Assembly: GCA_951406725.2 (NCBI GenBank)
Contig: OX597815.1
Span: 98,704,001-98,768,000 of the forward strand
DNA: 64,000 bases
Origin: Octopus vulgaris
Taxonomy: Eukaryota
Direction: 5' to 3'
The position numbers and the translations under genes are program-made. The notes beneath the pieces are model-generated. The model worked only from the letters and a program-made list of their open reading frames with translations, was not told the DNA's origin and did not search any database. Shown in pieces: positions 15,111 through 27,802 of this stretch (positions are counted from its first letter, which is position 1; every line of letters starts with the position of its first letter).

Positions 15111-15164
<54 letters not shown>

Positions 15165-15200
15165 GTCTATATGTGCGTACATATGTGTGTTTGTGTACAT
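14340..15200. repeat. (TA)n/(TG)n/(GA)n microsatellite field
   Basis: Seen directly. Confidence 0.9.
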
Positions 15201-15766
15201 CTGTATAACCACAGTAAATTTACACTCTAGCATTATAAATTTACATCATCTAATCATAAGATGTTTAACGTAAATGACATAACACCCTATAAACACCGAT
15301 TTGATACAACGAGAGAGAGAAGCAATAAATATTCCTGCTTGTGAACGCTCGAATTTCCCTTTTCCAACAATGTGCAATATAATTATATTTTGTTTCTGCT
15401 ATTTTAACAGCTCTGTTTTTTTTCCCCTAGCCGGTTATTCGTTAGCCGTTTATCATTAGCAGGATAAACGGCTGACGTATTTTACTAATGTACAATGTAA
15501 CAAAGAATTAGAACTTAGTTCGATCTTTACCTCGACATATTTGAGATATTTCAGTTTAATACAAAATCTGATATTTGATATACAGAATAAGCTTTCAGTG
15601 ATTGTCTACGAGGATTTTCATCCAACACGCGATCCTCTTTGCTGACAATTAAACCACAAATAGATCAAAAGAAACTGAAAGATCCAGGTGTGGGACTGTT
15701 TTACTATGGATATTAGAATGTTGGGTCAATTAGGAACACAGAATTCTAATACAAACAACAATAATA

Positions 15767-15982
15767 ATGGTTTCAAATTTTGGCACAAGGCCAGTGGTTT
15801 CGAGGGAGAGGAAAAGTTGTTTATATTAACCCAGGTGCTCAACTGGTACTTATTATATCCAGCCTGAAAGGATGAGAGGCAAAGTCGTCCTTGGTGAAAT
15901 TTAAACTCTGAAAGTAAAGACGGACGGAATACTGCTAAGCATTTTGCCCGACGTTCTAATGATTCTGCCAGATAACCGCCTT
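15767..15982 (-). mobile_element. SINE family A (tRNA-like head plus GACTTTGCCTTTCATCCTTTC...AAGTACCAGTT domain)
   Basis: Matches copies at 42405, 42615, 44050, 51312 and 57620. It is flanked by (TAA)n. Confidence 0.85.
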
Positions 15983-16019
15983 GATAATAATAATAATAAT
16001 CATGATAATAATGATAGTG

Positions 16020-16065
<46 letters not shown>

Positions 16066-16242
16066 AATTTTAAAAATAATGCTGGTAGGAAATGCTCACA
16101 TCCAGCGAAAAATAGCGTGTATGTAATTCTACTCAGTCTAATCTGTAAACATTATCAAAAGTACTTTTAAATTTACATAACCTTAAGATCACTCTATCAT
16201 CTTATCATCAAAATACTTTTTTAAAATACACTTCTTGACTTC

Positions 16243-16324
16243 TTATGGCACCCTAGTCATAATACCAACTTTTAACTTGTCTCTTGGGGTCCCTGGGGGA
16301 AACTTGGAGTCAACTTGAACAAAA
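16243..16324 (+). mobile_element. Probable 3' end of an R4/Dong-type LINE abutting (TAA)n
   Basis: A short unique tail runs straight into the (TAA)n array, in the same polarity as the adjacent Dong 3' end. The family assignment is inferred. Confidence 0.4.
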
Positions 16325-16403
<79 letters not shown>

Positions 16404-16410
<7 letters not shown>

Positions 16411-16520
16411 CCATACAATAACCATCAGAGCATCACGACAAATCACAGCACATACCCAAGGCACACCGAGCTGTGCTCGGTAGTGAAGTGAAAGCACGAT
16501 ATAAAAAATATACTACTGAA
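16404..16520 (+). mobile_element. 5'-truncated R4/Dong-type LINE 3' end inside (TAA)n
   Basis: Near-identical to the reverse complement of 52121-52240 (TLSIQ* plus 3'UTR with the hairpin CCGAGC-TGT-GCTCGG). (TAA)n lies on both sides. Confidence 0.9.
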
Positions 16521-16527
16521 TAATAAC

Positions 16528-16596
<69 letters not shown>

Positions 16597-18299
16597 CGAT
16601 ATCAGTACCATCCATTTTGTTATCCCTACCATCACTTATAGCTGGAACCGAAAAGCGTTTGAAGCATTTACAGTTTCCCCAAGTTCGTTTTTGCTCTTGA
16701 TATAGAATAAGGACTTACAGCGTTAGATATTCTTGCTCCCTACAAACCAAAGAAACCATTGATAGTATTATTATGAAAAATAATTAAAGATACTGATTGA
16801 CCTCAGTTCAAAGAGAATATATTCTATTGTAAATATTTAGAATTTTATCCACTTCTTCCAGAAGACAATAAACCAAAATCTAAACAAGATTCTATAACTG
16901 ATAATGAAATAAAGTTGGAAATCTGCTGTAGGCAATTAGAACCGAAATAGTTTGGATGTTGTTTAGATAATTCTACATCGTATGTCTTCCAGATTTCTCA
17001 TCAATATACTGCTGGCATTCGTGTTTGAAATAACAGTGGTATATATTGATGTCATGATACATGTGTGGATTTGGCACAGATGGTATAGAGACTGGCTAGA
17101 TTGCTATATACCAACTATATCGAAGTCTTGGGCTTCTGTCATTAAATTTCTCCATAGTTGAATTTTGCCTTTCATCCATCGGTGTTTTATCAAATAATTT
17201 TACAGCTGCTACTAAATAAAAGTGTCTACTCAAATGATTTTCTTCCCTGTCGTTTACGATAAGGTCTCTACCTGTAAAACAAATTCTCTGGAATAGTTTG
17301 GAACAAGAGTAAGTGTTGATGATACGAAACTGTATTGATTTTATGTTTCTGTTTTTCTCTGGAATTCAAAGTTTGCCAAACTATAACTGTTGTTGTAGTT
17401 GTACTAGATTTAACACGGAGAATCAATAATAGACACATACATTTGTTTTGCTATTTTCATTTTGGAAATAAGAGAGTCAAGATTTTAAAAAGGGACAAAT
17501 AAATGGAACTTATACATGTACCATGAGAATTTGTTCCTTTTTAAATTTGATCAGTATACGCGTCGAAGAAATTACAAGAATGACATTAAAAGGTTGTAAT
17601 GGGTTTATATATATAAGAAAGCTCTGAAAGAAAGGATCAGGAGGACTATATGACGATCGATATATAGACACCAGAAGACTATCGAGAAAGAAAAATATGA
17701 CTAAGGACTAAAATACTTATTTAAAATTATTAAGTGTAATACAAAATTATTAAGTGTAATACAAGATACTTTATTTATTTATTTATTAAAATATAAGTAA
17801 AAATCAGTAAAGTGTTGGATATATTAGGTCAACTCCAATTAGAGAGTAGATTGCTAGAAACATTAGAATTCGGACAATGTTGATTAAAACCCCATACAGG
17901 CTGCAATCGAGCGTTGCCGTGGTTAAGTTTACTTTCCATCGAACCGACACATGTGAAGTACTGTCGTCGACTTTTATTTTTGAAATAAATCTATGATGGA
18001 TGTGAATGGGTAAATAATCCAGTGCTTCATTGTCATTTTTGTTTTCGAATATATTGATTCTTGATTTTCTGCCATTTTGTCTGTAATCTACAGTATGCCA
18101 CCAAATGCTTAGATATCAAGAGTGGTTTTATTGTCACTGAGTGAATTTGCTACAAAACTGAAAATGTCACTCTTTTGTTGTCTTTGCAGATTTCCTTCTC
18201 TTGAATTAAAAATACTCCCAGAAATATATGAGAAACGCGTCTAGCATCGTTAAATTCTATATGACATATGCACAACTGTACATATGCATACATACATGT

Positions 18300-18455
<156 letters not shown>

Positions 18456-18684
18456 ACATATACATGTATATGTATACACAAACGTATGCATATATACAGA
18501 TATAGCGTGTGTATATTTATATATATATAGATAGATTTGAAATATTTTCTTACAATAATAATTATTAATTATATGAAATGTCATTTAAAGAAATGCATTT
18601 TCGTTCGTATGTTTGAAGTGCGGAGAGAGCAATTAGTATTTCACAAATGCTTCCTTCCATTAAGGCTGTAGTAATGTGCTGTAT

Positions 18685-19010
18685 GGTGAAGGCGCACGGC
18701 TCACTGGTTAGAGCGCCGTGCTCACAACCATGAGGTAGTGAGTTCGATTCCCGGACAGGGATGTGTGTTGTGTTCATGACCAAACGCTTTATTCCACGTT
18801 GCTCCAGTTCGCGCAGCTGTAGAAATGAGTTGCAGCGTCATTGGTGCCAAGCTGTATCGGCCTTCGCCTTTTCCTTGGATAACATCAGTGGCGTGGAGAG
18901 GGAAAGCTGGTATGCTTGGGCGATCAATGACCATACCCAAATTTGTATCTCAGAGGGGAACTTTCTAGATGTAGTTGCATGGTCATTTATGACCGAAGGA
19001 GGTCCTTCTT
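18685..19010 (+). mobile_element. tRNA-derived SINE, CORE-like body, tail B
   Basis: GGCTCACTGGTTAGAGC...GAGTTCGATTCCCGG head. It has an approximate 13-bp TSD (TAATGTGCTGTAT / TAATGTGTTATAT) and matches 8704 and 41669. Confidence 0.85.
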
Positions 19011-19353
19011 TAATGTGTTATATTTTCTATATTATTAGTAATTTTTAATTTAAAAAATTTTACTTTTTTGTTAAATAAAGTGACTGAATATTGAAATGCT
19101 TCTGGAATTTTTTGCATCACAGACGCACACACAAATATATTCGTTTAAAATTACCTAAACAGACCTACTCATTATAACGTGGGTTCTTCCGTTTTCTTTG
19201 CAATATGCCAGTGAAGTATTGCATCAATATGCATGTAACTTGGATATATGGTCTTACACAATATGTAATTCTTGAACTGTCAAACTGCATTGTCTAAATA
19301 TATGTTCAATAGGATAAATTGTTTCCTCGGAGTTTACATTTATATTATTATTT

Positions 19354-19672
19354 ATTTATGCGCCCTTTTTATGCGCCCAAGCCTAGCCAAGCTCTTGGGC
19401 CCGGTTTCCCGGTTTCTATGGTGTATGTGTTCCCCACAGCTGGACGGGATGCCAGTCTATCGCAGCGTTACTCAAGAAACAGGAAGAAAGAGTGAGAGAA
19501 AGTTGGGGCGAAAGAGTACAACAAGGTCGCAACCCACCCCCCTGCCGGAGACTCGTGGAGCTTTTAGGTATTTTCGCTCAATAAACACACACAATGCCTG
19601 GTCTGGGAATCGAAACTGTGATCCTCCGACCCCGAGTCCGCTGCCCTAACTACTGGGCCGTTGCGCCTCCAC
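19354..19672 (-). mobile_element. tRNA-derived SINE, head D, tail X
   Basis: The head matches 20341 and 43539. The tail is GCTGCGATAGACTGGCATCCCGTCCAG...GAAACCGGGAAACCGGGCC. TSD-like ACATTTAT(A/T)TTAT flanks it. Confidence 0.85.
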
Positions 19673-20027
19673 ACATTTATTTTATATGCTACTTTTTAAA
19701 ATTTGCTTCGCCAGTGTGTAGTGAAAAAATGTCTTCTCATTTACAGGGTTTAAGGTTAAGTCCACGGCGTGGCATCTGGGGGAAAATGTATTCTACGATG
19801 ATCTCGAGCCGACCAAAATCTTTTGAGTGGAATAAATAGACACAAACTAAAATAACTATGTCATATATGTATATATATGTATATAGCATAGATATCAGTT
19901 AGAGGAGTTTAATACCTCTAAGGGATAATTAAATCCAAAGTCGCTCCTGGTTATTACCTGGGTAGGTACAGTCTTTTGTAAAGTTGTAAGGTAGTAGGTA
20001 GTTCGGTTGATAGAGCGGAGTTTAGGT

Positions 20028-20335
20028 TATATACAAGAAGTAAATGGATGTAAATAACAAGGGGAAACTCGTCGTTCTGGTATGCCTTTAGATAACAAAG
20101 AAAGAGGAAGCAATGATGAAGGTAGCATTTACGATCGTTTCGATTTACAAGTTTTAGTGAATCTCTTCAGAATGCGAAAAATAGATTGGTACAATGATTG
20201 GTAAATTGAAACGATCGTAAATGCTACCGTCATCATTGCTTCCTCCTTCCTTGTTATCTAATCAAATTAAAAGCATACCAGCGAAAGCGACGAGTTTCCC
20301 CCTTGTTATTTACACCCTTTTTCTTCTCGTATATA
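20028..20335. mobile_element. Fold-back non-coding element (inverted PLE pseudo-LTR-like) carrying a hammerhead
   Basis: Arms 20028-20148 and 20201-20335 are reverse complements with small indels, around a ~52-nt spacer. Both outer ends are TATA tracts. Confidence 0.8.
20125..20175 (-). ncRNA. Type I hammerhead ribozyme (canonical core)
   Basis: Minus strand: GCATT-CTGAAGA-GATTCAC(TAAAACTT)GTAAATC-GAAAC-GATC-GTA-AATGC. It has a 5-bp stem I, CUGANGA, stem II, GAAA, a palindromic stem III (ACGATCGT) and a GUA cleavage triplet. Confidence 0.88.
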
Positions 20336-20340
20336 TATAT

Positions 20341-20639
20341 GTGGAGGCGCAATGGCCCAGTGGTTAGGGCAGCGGACTCGCGGTCGTAGGATCGCGGTTT
20401 CTATTCCCAGACTGGGGGTTGTGAGTGTTTATTGAGCGAAAACACCTGAAAAGCTCAACGAGGCTCCGGCAGGGGGTGATGATCCCTGCTGTACTCTTTC
20501 ACCATTCTTTCTCCCACTTTTTTCCTCTTGGCCTGCTCGCTTAGCCAGCGGGGTGGCGTCATTCAAAGGCTAAAACAATGCGAACGCATTGTGACCAGCG
20601 ATGTGTAACAACATCTGATGGTCTGGTCAGTCACGTGAT

Positions 20640-20647
<8 letters not shown>
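20341..20647 (+). mobile_element. tRNA-derived SINE, head D, tail Y (ends CACGTGATCACGTGA) in (TA)n
   Basis: A box TGGCCCAGTGG and a degenerate B box. The head is shared with 19354 and 43539. (TA)n lies on both flanks. Confidence 0.85.
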
Positions 20648-20688
<41 letters not shown>

Positions 20689-21214
20689 GTTGTGCCTGGG
20701 GAGAGCCATCCTCTTATAATGCCTTATTATTTAACACATTCACCGGTAAAGTTTCCACTCATTTACTCATTTACTTTTCCTACAATTTTCGTTGCATCTT
20801 GCAAACTTAGTCTGTTATCAATAGTCTGTTATCCAAGCTGCGCTCTTTTTATTCGTTTGTGTGCATCTGTGTGGGTCAGTGTGTTTGCGCATACACATTC
20901 ATGTATGTATGTATGCATGTAAGTGTGTGTATGAATGTATATGTGTGCGTATGTATGTGTGTATGTATGTATGTATGTATGTATGTATGTATATGTGTAT
21001 GTTTGTATGTATGTAGTCTGCATATTCAAGTATTTGTGTCTTTTTGTGTATGTGTGTATGTGTGTGTTTGCATGTGGGTGTGTGTGTATATGGTCATATG
21101 TTTCAGTCTTCATTTGCGTATGTATCTGTGTATGTGTGCTTGTCTGTTCATACTAACCTTGTACCTATCCGTCTGTACGTTTATCTGTTTACATTCAAAT
21201 CCATTTATCCATAA

Positions 21215-21770
21215 ATCTAAGACTGGATTACAATACGTAGAGCTTCTGGCAAAGCAAACAGGGTGAAGACGTGGTACACAACCGACAAATACCAAGATGA
21301 TTTTAGAGGCCACAGCCCATGGAGAACTAGCCTGTACATTTAGGAAAGGTCTGAAGGAGACTAAACTCAACATTAAGATCTCTGAAAAGCCAGGGAACTC
21401 CATCAGATCACAACAATGTAGGACGTACACCTTTGAGAATACCATATGCACCAATGTTAATTGCATGGTATGTAGGATTAACCCTGGCATACTAAAAATG
21501 TAGTCTATAGCATAAGCGACTTGTAAAGACAAGAACATGACATACATAGGAGCATTGCGAACAGACTAAATGAACATTTGAGACAATATGACGCCTAAAA
21601 CAGTACTGCATACTCTACCAACATTCCAAGGACCAGCATGAAGGCAACCTGAGTTAACTTGACATCTACATTTTATCCAAGCACCAAAAGGACCCAACAC
21701 TCAGACAAATACATGAGTTCTTCCTCATAAATGAAACATTTCCAGTACTAAATAGGAATTACACAGAGTA
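21215..21770 (+). mobile_element. Penelope-like element remnant, Neptune-type: Cys-rich linker plus GIY-YIG endonuclease (frameshifted)
   Basis: ...KISEKPGNSIRSQ...CTNVNCMVC, then in other frames KNVVYSI...TYIG..SIANRLNEHL...LYQHSKDQH...DPTLRQIHE...PVLNR. Confidence 0.8.
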
Positions 21771-22139
21771 GGTAATCATGTCTCCATACCCATAGTTTAT
21801 ATATATATAGAGAGAGGTAGAATAGTTAGTAGGCTGTTATGTAGATGCATGTATGTGTGTGTGTGTGTATGTATACGTATACGTATATACATATGCATAT
21901 GTATGGAGGTAAATGGATATGAATGTAAACAGATAGACATACAGACGGATAGGTACATAATTAATATGAACAGACAGGCACACATGCAAAAATATATACG
22001 CAAATGAAAACTGAAACACGTGGCCATATACACACACACTTCACAGAAGGACATATAAGGACACACACATTTATACATACATACACAATACATAGTCACA
22101 AAAACCCAGACACACTCATCAAGATCGGTTGGATAGTCT

Positions 22140-22153
22140 CGATAGATAGATAT

Positions 22154-22219
<66 letters not shown>

Positions 22220-22262
22220 TGATAGACAGACAGATAGCTTGATAGCTAGCTAGCTAGCTAGC

Positions 22263-22335
<73 letters not shown>
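22140..22335. repeat. (GATA)n microsatellite
   Basis: Seen directly. Confidence 0.95.
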
Positions 22336-22540
22336 GTGTGTGTGCGTGTATGTCTTTGTCATTCACCACCGCTTGAGAACCTGTGTTGGTTTGTTTACAC
22401 TCCTGTAACGTATCGGTTAGGTAAAACAGAACCATAGAAAACGTATCAGACTTTTTAAAAATTGTTCTGGGATAGATTCGTTGGAATAAACCGTTCAATG
22501 CTGCAGTCCAAGAATGAGACGCGTAAAAGTTAAATGAAAG
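22336..22540 (+). mobile_element. SINE family E, 3' half
   Basis: CGCTTGAGAACCTGTGTTGGTTTGTTTACACTCCTGTAAC matches the 3' half of 24664-25060. Confidence 0.7.
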
Positions 22541-23538
22541 ATGAATGCTGATTAAATGTGGCTAACGTCTTATGAGATGGTCTTCGTAAACTCTAGCCTC
22601 GCTCTTTAGAATTTTTCTGTTTTTTTTTTTTTGATGCCCCATGTTACTATTTTTATATTAGCCTAACAACCGCTTGTTATTTCAGCTTGACTCAAATGAA
22701 ACCGGAAACCGGAACGTAGATATAGGTGCTTTGCTCATTTGTTGTAACTATTAGTATTATATTTCCTTTCCTAAATTTTAATTAATTATTGATTTTCATA
22801 ATTAAATTAGTATTTATATTTACATTTGATAATTTAATGTTTTCTTTATAAAACAAATCTTTTATAATGATATGAATAATTATTAAAGACTTCTTTTTTG
22901 TGTAGCTATTTAAACAATTCAGTAAATACCTGTTGATTAAATAGTAGTTGAGTAAATACTAGTGTAAATCATGCCATAATTCTAATTATAGAAAACTTCT
23001 AACACATTCTGATCTTGGTAACTCACTAAAAACTTCTGCCAAGATATTGTGTATGTCTGTCAAATTTTTTATCCAGAAATGTGAGCTTTATCACTTCCTA
23101 GTGCTTTCTAGTTTTTCATTTCTTATCTTGTCTCAACTACGCCATGTTTATTGTACTCGCTTGTTCAGTCGCTGGAACAATCTCATCTTTGGTGAAACTT
23201 TTCCGTCCATGCTTCTCTCCAAAATTTTTCTACTCCTCTTACTGTTACACAGAATAAATTTTCTTGCTTGTTTTTACCGAAATTTTGATGAATTCGTTTT
23301 CCGTTGAATTCGAACTCTTTGTTTTATTGTAGATTTACATTACATTAGAACCTCCTTGTGAGTTAGTATCTCTTGTATTATTTTGTTGTTTTATCTCTAA
23401 GAATACACTCTTTTACTTTTTCATTCTCTCTCTCTCTCACACTCTCTCTCTCTTACATTGAGTCAACTGCCATTGTACTAATTAACCAATGAGAATATCA
23501 CATTTTTATTCACGTCTTCTGTATACATCATTTCCATT

Positions 23539-24073
23539 CTATTAGCGTTTGCACATTTACTGGTGAAATTCTCTAATAACGGACGCAAATATTATGAAAT
23601 GTTTTAGTCCCTAACAAGAATCCTTTTGGAACAATTTTAGACGTTGCTACTTTATTACAAAATGTGTTGCAACAACTGTCTCAGTGAAACCAAGCAAAAT
23701 TAAACTCCTAAAAGCAATTTTTGCTTTTGCAACAAAAAAGAAATGTTTAAATCGTTGAGACAACAGTTCTGTAAAATCAGACATACAGATTATATGTAAT
23801 ATCGAAGTGGCACTTGCCGTATTAGCGAGTTATACTTTCAGTTCAGATACAGCTGTATCAGAGAAGTATGTTAATAAATTTCCATGCTATTAGCTTTTAC
23901 ACATTTACAGGTGAAATTCTCTAATAAAGCACGCAAATATTATGAGCTTTTTTCAAAATCCCTAACAAAAATCGTTTTGAAACAATTTTAAACGAGCTAC
24001 TTTATTACAAATTTTGTTGCAACAACTATCTCAGTGAGACCAAACAAAATTAAACTCCTACAAGCAATTTTTG
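23539..24073. repeat. Diverged ~185-bp direct repeat (23539-23723 and 23888-24073)
   Basis: Both copies run CTATTAGC...GGTGAAATTCTCTAATAA...GCTACTTTATTACAAA...AAAATTAAACTCCTA.AAGCAATTTTTG. Confidence 0.85.
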
Positions 24074-24313
24074 ATTTATTTTTCATTTGTAAGTATTCGT
24101 TACGTTACAAAATTTTGCGAAATTTCTGCAAAAACAGGCACTTTTGCAGACTCAGTACATGCACTAAAATATACAAAGTATCAACATTTTGTTATCCTTA
24201 TGGCATTCCTAAGAATGCAAGCGTTCTTACTTTGAAATCTTCTCTTTCTTATGTCAGTAGACATTCCCTTATAAAAGAATTAGAAAGGAAGTTTTTGTTA
24301 AACATGCATCTCG

Positions 24314-24365
<52 letters not shown>

Positions 24366-24663
24366 GAATCAGGGTTTATTTTCAAGGGATCTAAACATGA
24401 TCATCCCGTCCAGTTGTACGGATTCAGAGATTTTTGTGAACAGTAATATCAAAGAAAAGATTCCAAATGTTACCATACATTTTTTTTTATCTAAATCAAA
24501 TTCCAAATCCATTAGAAAATACTTAATGCTACAATATAATTCTAATATAATATTACATGGAATTCGTATGTCACTATGCATACGAACACAGAGAATAGTC
24601 AAAATTAGTAAGGGAGCAATGTATAAATACTTTCTTGATCGAAGGGATACATATATATGTGTG

Positions 24664-25060
24664 TGCCACAGGAGTGGCCTTGTGGTAAGTAGATTGCTTA
24701 CCAACCACATGGTTTCGGGTTCAGTCCCACTGCGTGGCACCTTGAGCAAGTGTCTTCTACTATAGCCTCGGGCCAACCAAAGACTTGTGAATGAATTTGG
24801 TAGACGGAAATTGAAAGAAGACCACCGTATATATATGCATGCGTGTTTATGTTTGTGTGTCTGTGTTTGTTTCCTAAAATCGCTTGAAAACCGATGCTGC
24901 TGTGTTTACGTCCACATAACTTAGCAGTTCAGCAAAAGAGCCCGGTTGAATAAGTGCTAGGCTTACAAAGAATAAGTCCTGGGTTCGATTTTCTCGATTA
25001 AAGGCGGTGCTTCAACATGGCCGCAGTTAAATTACTGAAACAAATAAAAGAATAAAAGAA
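24664..25060 (+). mobile_element. tRNA-derived SINE family E, full length with internal (TG)/(TA) tract
   Basis: GTGGCCTTGTGGTAAG...GGGTTCAGTCCC head, CTTGAGCAAG body and (AATAAAAG)n tail. Other copies are at 45170, 45710, 40828, 41215, 19745 and 37870. Confidence 0.85.
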
Positions 25061-25064
25061 TATG

Positions 25065-26306
25065 CATGGTTCGTAAGGTATTCGAGGACATACCCTTTCT
25101 GGGTCATTGCTGCATTTTTTGCTAACTCTGTATCATCTTTGTTTCAGAAAATTATAATAGCAGACCCTCAGCTTACTCAAGAAATGAAGTGACATGCTGT
25201 TATTGTGAATATAAAGGCTGAGGATAGTGATTTAGAAATATCTCGATTTTCAAAAGTTGCCAGATCTTTCGTCTACAAAGTTTGTAAGGAGCTAGAGACT
25301 GAAGATAGAAATGTATCACCAGTATCAAAGCATAAAAAGCGTTCTAAACATTCTGAAATCATCAGAACACCTGAATTTATCCAGCAAGTTCAATAGACTA
25401 TTGGTTACAATCCCAGAAAATCCATGAGGTCAATTGCAACAGATCTCCATGTGTCGGAAGGAACAGTCACAAATGTTGTCCACAAAGACATTAGATATAA
25501 GTTATATGTGGTGAGGAAAAGTCAATTTGTCAGAGAAAGCAAAAGAAAATCACTACATCAGAACTAAAAAGTTCTTAAACAAACTGAAAAATCCAGCAGA
25601 AAAAGATTTCATTTTGTTTTTCTCAAACGAGAAAAACTTCGACCAAGATTAAAGAGTTGACAGTCGAAATGACAGGTGGTTATGTGCAGACCATTCTGAA
25701 GTTCCAAGTATTATGCATAGAAAATTTCTGCAATTGTGATAGTTTTAGGGGTTGTTAGCAATGAAGGTCATGTAGCGCCTCCTTACTTCTTGCCACTAGG
25801 CCTTAGAGTTAACTCTGCCGCCTACATTGTGGTCCTGGAAATTATTGATAGACAGTGTATGCAATGAAAGGCCATATGTGTTTCAATAAGGCTCTGCACT
25901 GTCACACATGGCTCTAATAACACAGGAATGAATGATTAAAAATTTTTATGATCACACAACCCCTAACATTTGGCCTCCTAATTCCCCTGATCTCAACCTA
26001 TTGGAATAGTACATGTGGATAGTTGTGGAGAGAGGGAAGTCAATGAACATGCCCAAGATACTTTGAACGCTGCTATTGTCAAAGTAATATCCAAAATGAA
26101 CCAGGACCGCTTCATTCGAGCATTTAGATGATTGAGATCTTATATAGAACTTGTTGAAGCTGAAGGTGGCTTTATTGAATAACATTATAGAAAAGAAGGT
26201 TTATTTTTATCCTGATAGCATTTTTTGCTAATTAAAGTTATTATCTATTATTGTATATCTTATTTTATAAACATAAAATCTGTCCTCAAATATTTTACGC
26301 GCCCAG
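25065..26306 (+). mobile_element. Decayed Tc1/mariner-superfamily DNA transposon, DD37D (maT-like), transposase pseudogene ~25186-26182
   Basis: Imperfect TIRs (CATGGTTCGTAAGGTATTCGAGGACA / TGTCCTCAAATATTTTACGCGCCCAG|TA). Translation gives an HTH (RKSMRSIATDLHVSEGTV), FSNEK, FQ*GSALSH and WPPNSPDLNLL, with 37 residues between the 2nd and 3rd catalytic positions, and ends EGGFIE*. It has many stops. Confidence 0.9.
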
Positions 26307-26765
26307 TATGTACATGTATAGTGGTTCTTCTCTAATTTCTATACATGTATTATATATATATTATGTGTGTGTCTGTATGCAGGTGTGCGCCTCTCTGTGT
26401 CTGAGCGTGCGAGCGTCTGTGTGTGTGCTTGTGTGTGAGTGTGTGGGTGTGCGTTTAAATGTGTGTGGGTTTGACATAATATGTGTGTGGGTTTGATTCT
26501 GAGAATCATTTACTATTGAAAGACTGAGCAGTTGCAAAAATGTCAACACATTTTCTCTTCTTTCTCTCCTCCTTCCTTTCCTTCTCTTTTCCATTGACAC
26601 TCTTTTCTGATACGAAAGCACACACGCAAACATACACACACACGCGCGCACACGCAACTCTCTCTCACTTTCTCCCCATTCCTCACCCTCTTGTACTATC
26701 TTATATACCTCTCTCCATTCCTACACACTCAATAATACTATAAAAAGAGAAAATTCCTGAAAAAG

Positions 26766-26808
26766 TTCAATCTGACGACTCCACTATAGTGGACGCAAGC
26801 GTTAATAT
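26766..26808 (+). ncRNA. Degenerate hammerhead ribozyme-like motif in a pseudo-LTR-like context
   Basis: CTGACGA-cTCCAC(TATA)GTGGAC-GcAA-GCGTT needs two substitutions to restore the core and stem II. TATAAAAAG lies upstream and AATAAA downstream. Confidence 0.5.
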
Positions 26809-26886
26809 ATGATTTATAAAAACATGTGACATATTAATAAATAAATGTAAATATAAACCCATCCAGATTTCTGAGTAGCTCATTTC

Positions 26887-26935
<49 letters not shown>

Positions 26936-27771
26936 GCATACGTATTTAAAATGAGTATATGAGACGTGAATCCTGAACAAATACATTCTCCTTCATGAAG
27001 GAGGCATTATCTAAACTTTAGATAGCAGCATCCTTTATTTGCTTGGATTACTGTACCCTTGAACTGGCCGTCGGAGTATCACCGCGTAAATCTTCAAAGT
27101 ACTTGTATCTAATCATTGGAAACTTTATCTTCCATATGGATGCTTAAACATTTCTTTATTCACCTTTTCGTGAGGATTTACACTTTTATTTTTTGATATA
27201 GTCTTAATACTTTTGAACAAAGCTCTTAATCAGTAAGTAGGACGATGTCTTTAATATAAACCTTTTAAGATGCTAGTATATTTTTATAAATGTATATAGT
27301 TTTTCTGTCCATATATGTCTATTATATTTTGATATATTTATGTATCTGTAAATTTTTAATATTTTTTAATATTTTAATGAGTGTTACGTTAAATATATTT
27401 CAATAATTTGCATACACAGGTTTTATGGGTGAGTATATGTTGTATTATTTTTCTAAATTTTTGAACCTACATGAATTCTCCTTTTAAGTATAATACGTAT
27501 ACAGACACAATTGGGAGAGCGGAATTTTATATATCCAGTTTTATTCTGCTGCGAATCATGTCTGCACCTACATATTTTTGTGCAGCGATTTTGTGCACAC
27601 TGCATTTTGTGCATTTTGGTGTTAATTGTCGCTCCTTCAGGATGCTATTAACAGCGTTAAGGTACCAAGAGCGTTAAGAACTAAATCCAAATCCAAACAA
27701 AGAAACTTACTTTTACTGACACTCATATTTTCATATATATATATATGGGGGGTGCGTGTGTGTGTGCATGA

Positions 27772-27801
<30 letters not shown>

Positions 27802-27802
<1 letters not shown>

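Noticed and set aside
18730-18750. let-7-like TGAGGTAGTGAGTT (also ~41715)
   Set aside because: It is part of the SINE tRNA head just before the B box, with no precursor hairpin.
24034-24765. 243-aa ORF
   Set aside because: It is a chance read-through across a direct repeat, a (TTA)n tract and a SINE head.
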